From Actinomycetes bacterium (lineage in GTDB: Bacteria > Actinomycetota > Actinomycetes > DATJPE01), in contig JANPBY010000004.1 in NCBI GenBank assembly GCA_031430645.1, positions 4,337-68,336 on the forward strand: DNA of 64,000 nucleotides, read 5' to 3'. Below are positions 9,225-19,391 of the stretch, one piece after another. Under the pieces are notes generated by a model. The model saw nothing but the letters and a program-made list of their open reading frames with translations, made no database searches and had not been told where the DNA came from. A program made the position numbers and the translations under genes. Each line of letters starts with the position of its first letter. The first letter of the stretch is position 1.

Positions 9225-9737
9225 TCAGTAGACAGGGGAACGAGGTTCGACCCGCCGACACAACCCACCGACCAGCGGCACGACGAACGGAGCGAGAAGC
9301 ACATCATAAAGCGTCGCGGCGGGCAGGCTGGCGACGACCGCCTCGGCCGTCACCCGCGGATCACCGAGCATCAGTCCCAACCCGGCATAAGCCAACAACG
9401 TGGCTGGGGCGAGCACAGCAACAATCAGGAGGGGCACGAAAGCGCTGCGTTCAGCCGCGTCCTGCATGCGCCCGGCCGCCCAACCGGCGAGGCACAGGAC
9501 AAGGGCCCACCGGCCCAGGGCGCCATCGGCGGGCGGCATGGCATCCAGCAGCAGGCCGCCGAAAAAGCCAGAGACAGCGCCGCTCGTCGGTCCGGCTGCA
9601 AGGGCGAGACCGATGACCACGAGGAGGACCAGATCCGGGGTGGCTCCAGGCAAGGGCAACCTCGAGAGGACGCTGACCTGCACGATTGCGGCGACGACCA
9701 GGAGGACGCCGGCCAGAACCGTGCGGGCGAGCGGCAC
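9225..9737 (-). CDS. mreD: Rod shape-determining protein MreD
   Basis: Hydrophobic, LPGATPDLVLL motif, position after mreC. Confidence 0.9.
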   Translation of the reverse strand: MPLARTVLAGVLLVVAAIVQVSVLSRLPLPGATPDLVLLVVIGLALAAGPTSGAVSGFFGGLLLDAMPPADGALGRWALVLCLAGWAAGRMQDAAERSAFVPLLIVAVLAPATLLAYAGLGLMLGDPRVTAEAVVASLPAATLYDVLLAPFVVPLVGGLCRRVEPRSPVY

Positions 9738-9739
9738 GA

Positions 9740-10657
9740 TCAGCTCTTGGCCGGCGACGGACTGGGGGAACCCGCTGCGGGGCCGCTGGGCGATGGGCTC
9801 GGGGAGGGGGTCGGTTTCGGGGGCAGAACAGAGTCGCGGGGGTCAGTGCGAGGTCCGTCGACCACGACGCCCACCAGGTCCAGGGCCGTCACCCTGACGT
9901 AGGGGTCAACTTGGGCCACCCGGATCAGGGAGCCTGGCGTGCTCTTGACCGACTCGACGACCCCGACCGGGACGCCCGGAACGTAGAGCGAGCCATCCCC
10001 TCGGGTCACGAGCCGGTCTCCCACGGCCAGCGGCGCTTGTGGATCCAGGAGCTTGAGCTCAAGTGGCCCCAGGCCCTGACCTGTGAGGATGCCAAGCTCG
10101 GAGTTTCCCTCGATCCGCACGCCAACTGAGGACTCAGGATCGACGAGGAGAAGCACCGTGGCCGTCGAGGCGGTGACCGCTTCGATCCGGCCAACCAAGC
10201 CGTCCCCGTTGAGAACTGTCTGGTCGACCTTGAGACCGTCTCGAGTGCCCGCGTCGATCAGGACCGTCCAGCCGAAGCCCTGGGCTGCGCCGACGGCGAT
10301 CACCTGGGCGGGCAGGACTCGATACCGCCCGAGTCCAGCGACGCGGAGGAGGTCGTCGAGCTGCTGGGCGCGCTGGCGCGTGTAGTCGTCAGTCCGCTGC
10401 TGAAGGCGGAGCTCGGCGTTCTCCTGCTCCAGCTGGTCGAGCCTGGCCTGCTCGTCCTCGGTGAGCCCACCGAAGAAGTTGCCGATCGGTGTGACGACAG
10501 AGGAGACGGCGCGCTGAACCGGCCCGAAAACCGAAGCGGTCGCGGAGCGGATCCCACTGACCGGACCGCCGTCACCTCGCAGATCGAGAGTGATCAGGGT
10601 GAAGGACGCGAGCAGCAGTGCCCCCAGGACAAAACTCGTACGCCTGTTATCCCTCAT
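9740..10657 (-). CDS. mreC: Rod shape-determining protein MreC
   Basis: N-terminal TM, coiled coil (LEQENAELR), DAGTRDG, GLVGRI, LVTRG...PGVPVG, Pro/Ser tail. Confidence 0.92.
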   Translation of the reverse strand: MRDNRRTSFVLGALLLASFTLITLDLRGDGGPVSGIRSATASVFGPVQRAVSSVVTPIGNFFGGLTEDEQARLDQLEQENAELRLQQRTDDYTRQRAQQLDDLLRVAGLGRYRVLPAQVIAVGAAQGFGWTVLIDAGTRDGLKVDQTVLNGDGLVGRIEAVTASTATVLLLVDPESSVGVRIEGNSELGILTGQGLGPLELKLLDPQAPLAVGDRLVTRGDGSLYVPGVPVGVVESVKSTPGSLIRVAQVDPYVRVTALDLVGVVVDGPRTDPRDSVLPPKPTPSPSPSPSGPAAGSPSPSPAKS

Positions 10658-10693
10658 CAGCGGTCTCGTCCTGAATCAGGGCGCCGTCCTGAA

Positions 10694-11725
10694 TCAGTGT
10701 CGCGGCTCGGAGATGAGCACCTGCTGCAGGGCCTCGAACTCCTCGACGCACTTGCCGGAGCCGTTGGCCACTGAGAGCAGCGGCTCTGCAGTGATGTGAA
10801 TCGGCATGCCCGTCTCGTGGCGCAGCCGCTCGTCCAGCCCCTTGAGCAGGGCGCCCCCGCCGGTGAGCACGATGCCGCGGTCCATGATGTCGCCGGACAG
10901 CTCGGGTGGGCACTTGTCGAGGGTCGACTTCACTGCGTCGATGACAGCGTTGACCGGCTCCTCAAGCGCCTTGCGGATCTCTTCGCTCGATACCACGATC
11001 GTCTTGGGCAGGCCCGAGACCAGGTCACGGCCACGGATCTCAGCGTGCGGTTCATCAGGGATCGGGAAGGCGGACCCGATCGCCATCTTGATTTCCTCAG
11101 CCGTGCGCTCGCCGAGCATCAGCGAGTATTCCTTCTTGACGTACTGAATGATTGCGTTGTCGAGTTCGTCGCCGCCCACCCTGATGCTCTGAGCCGTGAC
11201 GATGCCGCCGAGGGAGATCACTGCAACCTCGGTGGTTCCACCGCCGATGTCCACGACCATGTTGCCCGTGGGCTCGTGGACCGGAAGCCCCGCGCCAATG
11301 GCCGCAGCCATGGGCTCTTCGATGATGTAGACCTTGCGGGCGCCGGCGGCGTAGCCCGCGTCCTTGACCGCCCGCTGCTCGACGCCCGTGATCCCAGACG
11401 GGACGCACACGACGATCCGAGGGCGCGCCCAGCGGCGCCTCTTGTGGACCTTCTGGATGAAGTAGCGGAGCATTCGCTCGGTGGTATCGAAGTCGGCGAT
11501 GACGCCGTCCTTGAGCGGGCGGATGGCCACGATGTTGCCTGGCGTCCGGCCGATCATCTTCTTGGCCTCGGCGCCCACAGCCAGGATGCCGCCCGTATTT
11601 TGGTTGATCGCTACCACCGACGGCTCGTCGAGCACGATGCCGCGCCCGCGCACGTAGACGAGAGTGTTAGCGGTGCCGAGGTCGACGGCCATGTCGCGGC
11701 CGATGAACGCCATCTTGTTGGCCAT
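10694..11725 (-). CDS. mreB: Rod shape-determining actin homolog MreB
   Basis: [46 protein letters not shown]. Confidence 0.97.
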   Translation of the reverse strand: MANKMAFIGRDMAVDLGTANTLVYVRGRGIVLDEPSVVAINQNTGGILAVGAEAKKMIGRTPGNIVAIRPLKDGVIADFDTTERMLRYFIQKVHKRRRWARPRIVVCVPSGITGVEQRAVKDAGYAAGARKVYIIEEPMAAAIGAGLPVHEPTGNMVVDIGGGTTEVAVISLGGIVTAQSIRVGGDELDNAIIQYVKKEYSLMLGERTAEEIKMAIGSAFPIPDEPHAEIRGRDLVSGLPKTIVVSSEEIRKALEEPVNAVIDAVKSTLDKCPPELSGDIMDRGIVLTGGGALLKGLDERLRHETGMPIHITAEPLLSVANGSGKCVEEFEALQQVLISEPRH

Positions 11726-11855
11726 GCTGGGAAATGCCTTCCAGGTCTACGGGCGATGTGCGTGAACTTCCATGGTAGGCCCGTTGGCGGACCTCTCTGG
11801 ACCGTTCAGGAGACTCTGTGACGCGTTCAACGCGGCAGAGAACCGGTGCTGGGGC

Positions 11856-12266
11856 TCAGCCCAGCCCGGGAAAGAACAACGCTATCTCTCGAGCAGCCGA
11901 CTCAGCGGAGTCCGAGCCGTGCGTCACGTTGAGCTGAGTCTCGGTGGCCAGGTCTCCCCGGATCGTCCCCGGAGCCGCGTTGACCGGGTTGGTGGCGCCC
12001 ATCATGGTCCGCCAGGACACGATGACCTCCGGCCCCTCGACGACAGCAGCAAGCAGCGGGGCACTCGTGATGAAGTCGACGAGCGAACCGAAGAATGGCT
12101 TCTCGGCGTGCTCGGCGTAGTGGGCTTCGGCGATCTCGCGCGGCAGCGTCCGAAGCTCGACGGCCACGAATCGGAAGCCTTTGCGCTCGAGGCGGCCGAG
12201 CACCTCCCCCACGAGGCCACGAGCAACCCCATCGGGCTTGACGAGGACGAGGGTGCGCTCGGACAT
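11856..12266 (-). CDS. ndk: Nucleoside diphosphate kinase
   Basis: [13 protein letters not shown]...PGTIRGD...NVTHGSDS. Confidence 0.96.
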   Translation of the reverse strand: MSERTLVLVKPDGVARGLVGEVLGRLERKGFRFVAVELRTLPREIAEAHYAEHAEKPFFGSLVDFITSAPLLAAVVEGPEVIVSWRTMMGATNPVNAAPGTIRGDLATETQLNVTHGSDSAESAAREIALFFPGLG

Positions 12267-12367
12267 AGCGTTCTCCAGGGGGTACGGGACGGGAAGGGGA
12301 TCGAGCCGGTGAGGGTCACGGAACCCTAACCCAGGTGCCAGCACACCGAAGCTCAGTGAACCCGAGC

Positions 12368-13156
12368 TCAGTGAAGCAGCAGCTTGTCGAGCCGCCGGGC
12401 TGCCACCCAGAGCCCGATGACCCCCATGACGAGGAGATAGGCCAGGTTGAGCAGGAGCGACGGATGCACAGCGCCCGTCGTCAGGGAACGGACGAGGTCC
12501 ACTGCCTGATAGAGCGGGGTCACGCGTACCACCAGCTGCAGGCCTGGTGGGTAGCTGGACAGCGGAAAGAACGTGGCAGACAAGAGGAACATCGGCACGA
12601 TCGTCAAGGTGACCCACTCGAAGTCCTGCCAGCTCCGCATATAGGTCGTCGCAGCCATACCCGCCCCCGCGAAGGCGAACCCGATGGCCACCGACACCGG
12701 GAGGACGAGGATCGCCCAGGGCGAGCTCACCAGGCCGAGGGCAAGCATCACAGCGAGGAAGCCTGTCGAATAGATGAGTCCACGACCCAGCGCCCACACG
12801 ATCTCACCGAGGGCGATATCGAAGGGCGCGACGGGAGTACTGAGCACCGCGTCGTAGATCTTGTTGTATTTCAGCTTGAAGAAGACGTTGAACGTAGAGT
12901 CCGTCACCGCGCCGTTCATGGCGGAGGTCGCGAGCATGGCGGGTGCTACGAAGGCGGCGTAGCTGACCCCGTCGACATCGCCGATGACCGAACCAAGCCC
13001 CACACCCAGCGCCAGCAGGTAGAAGAGTGGCTCAAAGAAGCCGCTGACGATGACGCCCCAGCTGTAGCGATAAACCCGTATGTTGCGGGCGATGACCGCC
13101 GGCGCCCGGCTGCCTACGAGCAGCGAGGGCGTGATGCGAAGGACTGATGTTGCCAT
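12368..13156 (-). CDS. ABC-2 type transporter permease (NodJ-like)
   Basis: Six-TM ABC-2 pattern: [36 protein letters not shown]. Confidence 0.85.
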   Translation of the reverse strand: MATSVLRITPSLLVGSRAPAVIARNIRVYRYSWGVIVSGFFEPLFYLLALGVGLGSVIGDVDGVSYAAFVAPAMLATSAMNGAVTDSTFNVFFKLKYNKIYDAVLSTPVAPFDIALGEIVWALGRGLIYSTGFLAVMLALGLVSSPWAILVLPVSVAIGFAFAGAGMAATTYMRSWQDFEWVTLTIVPMFLLSATFFPLSSYPPGLQLVVRVTPLYQAVDLVRSLTTGAVHPSLLLNLAYLLVMGVIGLWVAARRLDKLLLH

Positions 13157-13158
13157 GG

Positions 13159-13962
13159 CTAGAACACCAGCCGGCGGGTGAAGGCTCGTTTCGCGAGCAA
13201 GAGACCGACGAATCCCCAGCTGAGCAGGTAGGCCACGTGGACATAGTCCGAGCTCCAGCTCAGAGTTCCCGTGGTAGCCCCCCGGCAGAGCTCAACACCG
13301 TGGAACGCCGGAGTCAGCTCGGCGACCACCTGCAGCCAGCCGGGCAGCTGGCTGATCGGGAAGAACGCCCCAGCGAACAGACTCATCGGGATGATCCCGA
13401 ATCGATAGAGATAGGCAAAGCTCTCGTTGTTGTCCGTTGTCGCTGAGAAGGCTGTAACCGGGGCCGCAAAGGCAAATCCGATGAGCACGGCGAAGGGCAC
13501 GACAAGCACGCCCTGCCAGTCAGTGACGACCCCGAAGCCAAGCAGCACGATGAAGAAGGCCACTGCGCCCATCAGCACCCGCGTCAGCATCCAGAGCAAA
13601 TGTCCGATGAGCACATCGACTGCTGTCAGTGGTGTCGCCAGCATCGCGAAGTACGTACGCTGCCAGCGGATTGCCCCCATGACCGGGTAGGTCGCCTCCT
13701 CAACGGCCGTTGTCATGGCGGCGGCGGCGAGCAGACCCGGGCCGATGAAAACGAGGTAGGACAAGCCGTCGAAACCGCCTCCTGCGTCCACCAAGGAGCC
13801 CAGCCCGAAGCCCAGGGCGACCAGAGTGAGGATCGGCACGAGAATCGTCGTTGACAAGCTGCCCCGCCAGAGCAACGTGTAGGCGTGGGCGAAGTGGGAG
13901 TAACTGCGAACCGGAGCCGGGACCCACGTGGTTGGGGTCAGCGGGGTGCGAGTGAGGGACAT
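13159..13962 (-). CDS. ABC-2 type transporter permease (second subunit)
   Basis: YLVFIGPG, AMLATPL, PMSLFAGAFFP; in operon with the ATPase. Confidence 0.85.
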   Translation of the reverse strand: MSLTRTPLTPTTWVPAPVRSYSHFAHAYTLLWRGSLSTTILVPILTLVALGFGLGSLVDAGGGFDGLSYLVFIGPGLLAAAAMTTAVEEATYPVMGAIRWQRTYFAMLATPLTAVDVLIGHLLWMLTRVLMGAVAFFIVLLGFGVVTDWQGVLVVPFAVLIGFAFAAPVTAFSATTDNNESFAYLYRFGIIPMSLFAGAFFPISQLPGWLQVVAELTPAFHGVELCRGATTGTLSWSSDYVHVAYLLSWGFVGLLLAKRAFTRRLVF

Positions 13963-13972
13963 CGGCCAGCCC

Positions 13973-14914
13973 CTAATCGACCAACGTGCGGCCGGTGAGG
14001 CGCAAGAAGACGTCCTCCAGCGTGCTGCGCCTGATCAACACACTTGTCGGTGTGACACCCCGCCCGTGCACCGCTACGAGGGCCGCATCGCCGTCATCCA
14101 CATAGAGGAGCAGTCGGTCGGGGAGCACCTCCAGGCGCCCGATGCCATCCAACGCCGACGCATGGCCACCGTGGTCCAGAGCAGCGAACCGCAGCTCCAC
14201 GACCTCACGTGAGGAGTGCGCCGCAATCAGCTCCGAAGGCGAGCCCTCAGCTGCGATCCGGCCCTTGTCCATGACCACCAGTCGATCGCAGAGCTGCTCG
14301 GCCTCATCCATGTAGTGGGTCGTGAGCACGAGGGTGACCCCCTGCTGCCGCAGACGAAACAGCCGCTCCCAGACCACATGGCGGGCCTGCGGGTCGAGCC
14401 CAGTAGTCGGCTCATCCAGCAGCAACAGCTCTGGATCGTTGATCAGAGACCGAGCGATCGTGAGCCTTCGCTTCATCCCACCCGAGAGCGGATCGACCTT
14501 TGACGTCGCCCGGTCGGCCAGCTGGACGAAGTCGAGCAGACGCGTCGCTCGCTCACGGAGCTCGGCCTTCGGGATTCCGAAGTAGCCGCCATAGATGAGC
14601 AAGTTGTCGATAACCGGCAGCTCGGTATCGAGGGTGTCTTCCTGAGGGACCACGCCCAGCCGGGCCCGGATCGCCGGGCCGTCGGTCTGGGGATCGAGGC
14701 CGAACACGCGCAACTCGCCCCCTGAGGGAGGCGAGACGCACCCGATCATCCGCATCGTCGAGCTCTTACCGGCGCCGTTCGGACCCAGAAAACCGAAAGC
14801 CTCGCCCGGGCGGACCTCGACATCGATGCCATCAACCGCGGTGGCATCTCCGAACCGCTTGACGAGTCCGCGGGCAGTAATGAGCAACTCGGGCGCTTCC
14901 GGTCGCCCAGTCAC
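13973..14914 (-). CDS. ABC transporter ATP-binding protein (NodI/DrrA-like)
   Basis: Walker A GPNGAGKS, signature LSGGM, Walker B LLLLDEP, TTH switch. Confidence 0.93.
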   Translation of the reverse strand: MTGRPEAPELLITARGLVKRFGDATAVDGIDVEVRPGEAFGFLGPNGAGKSSTMRMIGCVSPPSGGELRVFGLDPQTDGPAIRARLGVVPQEDTLDTELPVIDNLLIYGGYFGIPKAELRERATRLLDFVQLADRATSKVDPLSGGMKRRLTIARSLINDPELLLLDEPTTGLDPQARHVVWERLFRLRQQGVTLVLTTHYMDEAEQLCDRLVVMDKGRIAAEGSPSELIAAHSSREVVELRFAALDHGGHASALDGIGRLEVLPDRLLLYVDDGDAALVAVHGRGVTPTSVLIRRSTLEDVFLRLTGRTLVD

Positions 14915-15237
14915 GGCGTCCGGGCCGCCTTGATGGCATCAACGCGCCGACCGTAGTAAACCGCTGCCACCCACAACGCCCCGAACATGAGCCCCAGCAC
15001 GAACATGGTCGGAACAACGAAGCCGGTGAGAAACACACACACCTGGAGCACCGAGCCCAGGCCGACTCCCCACGAGCGGCCGAGCAATCCGGCACAAATG
15101 AGGCAGGCCAGAGCCAGCCCGCCGAGGATCCAACCGACAAGGGCGCCGTCTACGTCGCTGAGGGTGAGGGCGACCGGGATGGCCAGGGCGACGATGATGG
15201 CCTCGAAGAAGAGCACGCTGGCGCAGAACATCCGCAC
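14911..15237 (-). CDS. DUF4233 membrane protein
   Basis: MRMFCASVLFFEAIIVALAIPV; usual position between folC and ndk. Confidence 0.75.
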   Translation of the reverse strand: MRMFCASVLFFEAIIVALAIPVALTLSDVDGALVGWILGGLALACLICAGLLGRSWGVGLGSVLQVCVFLTGFVVPTMFVLGLMFGALWVAAVYYGRRVDAIKAARTP

Positions 15238-15249
15238 GACGACGCCGCC

Positions 15250-16632
15250 TCAGCCGACCGCGCCGCGGCCGCGCAGATAGCGCCTGGCATCAGCAACCGT
15301 GACCACGGATCCGGTGACGATGACCCCCGACGCACCGGGATCCAGCTCGTCGGCGCGAGCCATCGCCCAGTCGATGGCGCCGGGAAGGTCGGCGACAGCG
15401 AAGACCCTGTCCTGGCCCAGAATGCCGGCGCCAAGCCGGGTCAGCGATTCGACGTCCAACGCCCGTGGCGAGGATGACTGGGTGAACACGAAGTCGTAGG
15501 CCACACCGGCCAAGGCGGAGATGATGCCCTCCGCGTCCTTGTCTTCGAGGACGCCCACTACGGCAACGAAGGACGTCGCCGCGAAGGCCTCGTCCAAGGC
15601 CACAGCCAGCGCCCGAGCGCCGTCGGGATTGTGGGCTGCATCGAGCACTACCGCCGGCGTCCGGCGGATCAATTCCAGACGGCCGGGAGAGGTCACAGCA
15701 CCGAAGCCCGTACGGACGTGGTCGAGATCGAGCAGACCACGCCCGCCGCCGAAGAAGGCCTCGACCGCAGCGAGGGCGACGGCCGCGTTCTGTGCCTGAT
15801 GGCCGCCGTGGAGCGGGAGAAACACCTGCTCGTAGGTCCCTCCGAGCCCGTTGATGGTCAGCACCTGTCCCCCGACGGCAACCTCGCGGCTCTCAACCCC
15901 GAACTCGATCCCCTCCCGCGCCACCGGAGACTTCGTCTCGGCCACGCGGCGGAGCAAGACCTCACCCGCGGCAGGGTCCTGCTGGGCGAGCACGACGATC
16001 CCCTCGGCCTTGATGATCCCGGCCTTCTCCCCGGCGATCTCCTCCACGGTCGAGCCGAGGTACTCCTGATGGTCCAGACCCACGGGCATCACGACCGCTA
16101 CGACGGGGTCGACCACGTTGGTGGCGTCCCACGTTCCACCCATGCCGACTTCGACGACGGCGACGTCGACCGGTGCATCAGCGAAAACCGCGTAGGCGAG
16201 GGCAGTCATCACCTCAAAGAACGACAGCGGGTCCTCGTGTCGGGCATCGACGAGATCGAGGTAGGGCGCGAGGTCGAGGTAGGCATCGACGAAGCGCTCC
16301 ACCTCGACGGGAGAGCCGGCCAGCGCGATCCGCTCAGTCACCGACGACAGGTGGGGAGAGGTGTAGCGCCCCACTGCGAGGCCGAAGCTCGTGAGCAGGG
16401 AGTCGATCATGCGGCTGGTGGACGTCTTGCCGTTGGTTCCAGCAACAAGGATCACCGGATAGGCGTTCTGCGGCGAGCCGAGCAGGTCCAACAACTCGCT
16501 GATTCGGTCCAGCGAGGGCGCGATCTGAGACTCCGGCCACCGCGTGGAAAGAGCCGCCTCAACCAGGCCGAGACGGGCGTCGAGATCGGCCGCGTCGGGA
16601 GCGGGAGCCTCGGCTGACCCATCGGAAGTCAC
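15250..16632 (-). CDS. folC: Folylpolyglutamate synthase/dihydrofolate synthase
   Basis: GTNGKTS, YTSPHL..VTERI, EVGMGGTWDATN, LDAAHNP, VTGSV. Confidence 0.95.
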   Translation of the reverse strand: MTSDGSAEAPAPDAADLDARLGLVEAALSTRWPESQIAPSLDRISELLDLLGSPQNAYPVILVAGTNGKTSTSRMIDSLLTSFGLAVGRYTSPHLSSVTERIALAGSPVEVERFVDAYLDLAPYLDLVDARHEDPLSFFEVMTALAYAVFADAPVDVAVVEVGMGGTWDATNVVDPVVAVVMPVGLDHQEYLGSTVEEIAGEKAGIIKAEGIVVLAQQDPAAGEVLLRRVAETKSPVAREGIEFGVESREVAVGGQVLTINGLGGTYEQVFLPLHGGHQAQNAAVALAAVEAFFGGGRGLLDLDHVRTGFGAVTSPGRLELIRRTPAVVLDAAHNPDGARALAVALDEAFAATSFVAVVGVLEDKDAEGIISALAGVAYDFVFTQSSSPRALDVESLTRLGAGILGQDRVFAVADLPGAIDWAMARADELDPGASGVIVTGSVVTVADARRYLRGRGAVG

Positions 16633-16721
16633 CCGCCGAGGTTATGGCACCGACCCCTTGCCCGCTGCGCCCGGATTGCCGGTTCGTGCCCCGACCTCCG
16701 CCCTCCGTACGATCACCCCTT

Positions 16722-19280
16722 ATGGAACCACCCCCCCCGAACCCACGCGTGCCCGAGAAGCCGACCATCGACGGCCTCGAGGAGCGGTGGTCCACGGTCT
16801 GGCAGGAGCAGGGCACGTATGCCTTTGACCGGTCCAAGACCCGGGACGAGGTGTACTCCATCGATACTCCCCCACCGACGGTCAGTGGCTCTCTCCACGT
16901 GGGGCACGTCTTCTCCTACACCCACACCGACACGATCGCCCGCTACCAGCGGATGCGCGGGCGCGAGGTCTTCTACCCCATGGGCTGGGACGACAACGGG
17001 CTTCCGACTGAGCGCCGCGTGCAGAACTACTACGGCGTCCGCTGCGACCCGTCGCTCCCGTACGAGCCAACTTTCGAGCCGCCGGACAAACCCGGCAAGC
17101 AGCAAGTACCCATCTCTCGGCGCAACTTCGTCGAGCTCTGCGAACGGCTCACCGCCGAGGACGAGCTGACCTTCGAGGCGCTCTGGCGTCGGCTGGGGCT
17201 CTCGGTCGACTGGTCCATGACCTACGCGACCATCGACGAGGCGTCCCGAACCGCCTCCCAGAGGGCCTTCTTGCGAAACCTGGCCCGTGGTGAGGCCTAC
17301 CAAGCCGAGGCGCCCACCTTGTGGGACGTGACCTTCCGTACGGCCGTCGCGCAAGCCGAGCTCAAGGACGAGGAGCGCGCCGCGGCCTACCACCGCATCA
17401 CTTTCCGGCGTCCCGATGGCGGCGGCATCGACATTGAGACCACGCGGCCGGAGCTGCTCCCGGCGTGCGTAGCCCTGGTTGCCCATCCGGACGACGCTCG
17501 CTACCAACCGTTGTTCGGCACCCACGTCTCCACTCCCGTCTTTGGTGTCCAAGTGCCGGTGGTAGCCCACCGCCTCGCGGATCCGGAGAAGGGCAGCGGC
17601 ATCGCGATGATCTGCACCTTCGGTGACACCACCGACGTCACGTGGTGGCGCGAGCTGCAACTCCCCACCCGGGCCATCCTCGGCCGCGATGGTCGGGTAG
17701 TTGCCGACCAGCCTCCTGGCCTCGACAGCGCTCCTGCTCGCGAGGCGTACGCACGACTCGCGGGGCTGACCGTCCACTCGGCTAGGGAGGCCATGGTCGG
17801 GCTGCTGCGTGAGAGCGGTGATCTGGTGGGTGAACCCCGGCCGATCATGCACATGGTGAAGTTCTACGACAAGGGCGACAAGCCGCTCGAGGTCGTGACC
17901 TCGCGCCAGTGGTACATCCGCAACGGCGGGCGAAACGAAGTTCTTCGTGATGCTCTGGTCGCGCGCGGACACGAAATCACCTGGCACCCGTCGTTCATGC
18001 GGTCTCGTTATGAGAACTGGGTGCAGGGACTGAACGGCGACTGGCTGGTCAGCAGGCAGCGTTTCTTCGGCGTGCCGTTTCCCGTTTGGTACGCCCTCGA
18101 CAGCGACGGCAACCCGATCTATGACACCCCGCTGACCCCTGACGAGTCGCTCCTTCCAGTCGACCCGTCCTCGGAGTGTCCCTCGGGCTACACCGCAGAT
18201 CAGCGTGATGTCCCAGGAGGATTCACCGCCGATCCCGATGTCATGGATACCTGGGCGACCTCGTCGCTGAGCCCGCAGATCGTCAGTGGGTGGGCGCGCG
18301 ACGAGGACCTCTTCGCTCGGGTCTTCCCGATGGACCTGCGCCCGCAAGGCCACGACATCATCCGTACGTGGTTGTTTGCGTCGGTGGTGCGCGCCCACAC
18401 GGAGTTCGGGACAGTGCCGTGGAAACACGCCGCCATCTCCGGCTGGATCCTCGACCCGGACCGCAAGAAGATGGGCAAGTCCGCGGGCAACGCATTGACG
18501 CCGGTTGGCATGCTGGAGGAACACGGCTCCGATGCCGCGCGCTACTGGGCAGCTTCAGGTCGACCCGGCACAGACACCGCCTTCGACGCCAGTCAGATGA
18601 AGATAGGTCGGCGCCTGGCCATCAAGATCCTCAATGCCTCCAAGTTCACGCTCACCTTCGGCCCCGAGGAAAACCTCGCGCTCGTCACTGAGCCCCTCGA
18701 TCAGTCACTGCTTGCCGAGCTGTCCGGCGTCGTCGACCGCGCCACGAAGGCGTTTGACGGCTATGAATACACCCGAGCCCTTGAGGTGGCGGAAAGCTTC
18801 TTCTGGGCGTTCTGCGACAACTACGTCGAACTCGTGAAGGAGCGGGCGTACGGCGCGCGCGGTGAGGCTGCAGCGACCTCAGCGCGGGCCACCTTGGCCA
18901 CCGCACTGTCCGTGCAGCTGCGGCTGTTCGCGCCCTTCCTGCCCTTCGTCACCGAGGAGGTCTGGTCCTGGTGGCAGACGGGTTCGATCCACCGAGCGAG
19001 CTGGCCCTCCGTTGACGAACTCGCCGTCGGCCAAGGCGACCCGGCCGTGCTGTCGGCCTCCTCGGTAGCGCTCTCCGCCCTACGGAAGGCGAAGTCCGAG
19101 CAGAAGCTCTCAATGCGTGCAGAACTGGCTGCAGCGACCGTCTCCGGACCGGAGGCCGAGGTGACCAGCGTCGAGGCAGCAGCGGAAGACCTCCGTGCCG
19201 CCGGGCACGTCCTCGGTGCCCTGGTCTTCGTACCGGACGACACTCCCCAACTGACAGTGACGGTCACCCTGCCCTCCTGA
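16722..19280 (+). CDS. valS: Valine-tRNA ligase (type 2 subfamily)
   Basis: IDTPPPTVSGSLHVGH (HIGH), GWDDNGLPTERR, KMGKS (KMSKS variant); ATG 16722. Confidence 0.96.
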   Translation: MEPPPPNPRVPEKPTIDGLEERWSTVWQEQGTYAFDRSKTRDEVYSIDTPPPTVSGSLHVGHVFSYTHTDTIARYQRMRGREVFYPMGWDDNGLPTERRVQNYYGVRCDPSLPYEPTFEPPDKPGKQQVPISRRNFVELCERLTAEDELTFEALWRRLGLSVDWSMTYATIDEASRTASQRAFLRNLARGEAYQAEAPTLWDVTFRTAVAQAELKDEERAAAYHRITFRRPDGGGIDIETTRPELLPACVALVAHPDDARYQPLFGTHVSTPVFGVQVPVVAHRLADPEKGSGIAMICTFGDTTDVTWWRELQLPTRAILGRDGRVVADQPPGLDSAPAREAYARLAGLTVHSAREAMVGLLRESGDLVGEPRPIMHMVKFYDKGDKPLEVVTSRQWYIRNGGRNEVLRDALVARGHEITWHPSFMRSRYENWVQGLNGDWLVSRQRFFGVPFPVWYALDSDGNPIYDTPLTPDESLLPVDPSSECPSGYTADQRDVPGGFTADPDVMDTWATSSLSPQIVSGWARDEDLFARVFPMDLRPQGHDIIRTWLFASVVRAHTEFGTVPWKHAAISGWILDPDRKKMGKSAGNALTPVGMLEEHGSDAARYWAASGRPGTDTAFDASQMKIGRRLAIKILNASKFTLTFGPEENLALVTEPLDQSLLAELSGVVDRATKAFDGYEYTRALEVAESFFWAFCDNYVELVKERAYGARGEAAATSARATLATALSVQLRLFAPFLPFVTEEVWSWWQTGSIHRASWPSVDELAVGQGDPAVLSASSVALSALRKAKSEQKLSMRAELAAATVSGPEAEVTSVEAAAEDLRAAGHVLGALVFVPDDTPQLTVTVTLPS

Positions 19281-19391
19281 CGACCAAGTGCGCAGGATCA
19301 CGAGTGGTGTTCGGGGCTCAAGGCGAGCACTACTTCGGCCGACCACACGGGGAGGTACCGCGCCGCGGTGACCCCGGACCTGGAGCGGGTC

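Noticed and set aside
16644-16721. Extended ORF-track N-termini (valS from 16644, pepN from 49223, malQ from 55459, mrdA from 9162, ndk from 12797)
   Set aside because: The extensions are low-information and overlap neighbours or promoters; downstream starts match homolog-like N-termini and RBS or -10 signals.
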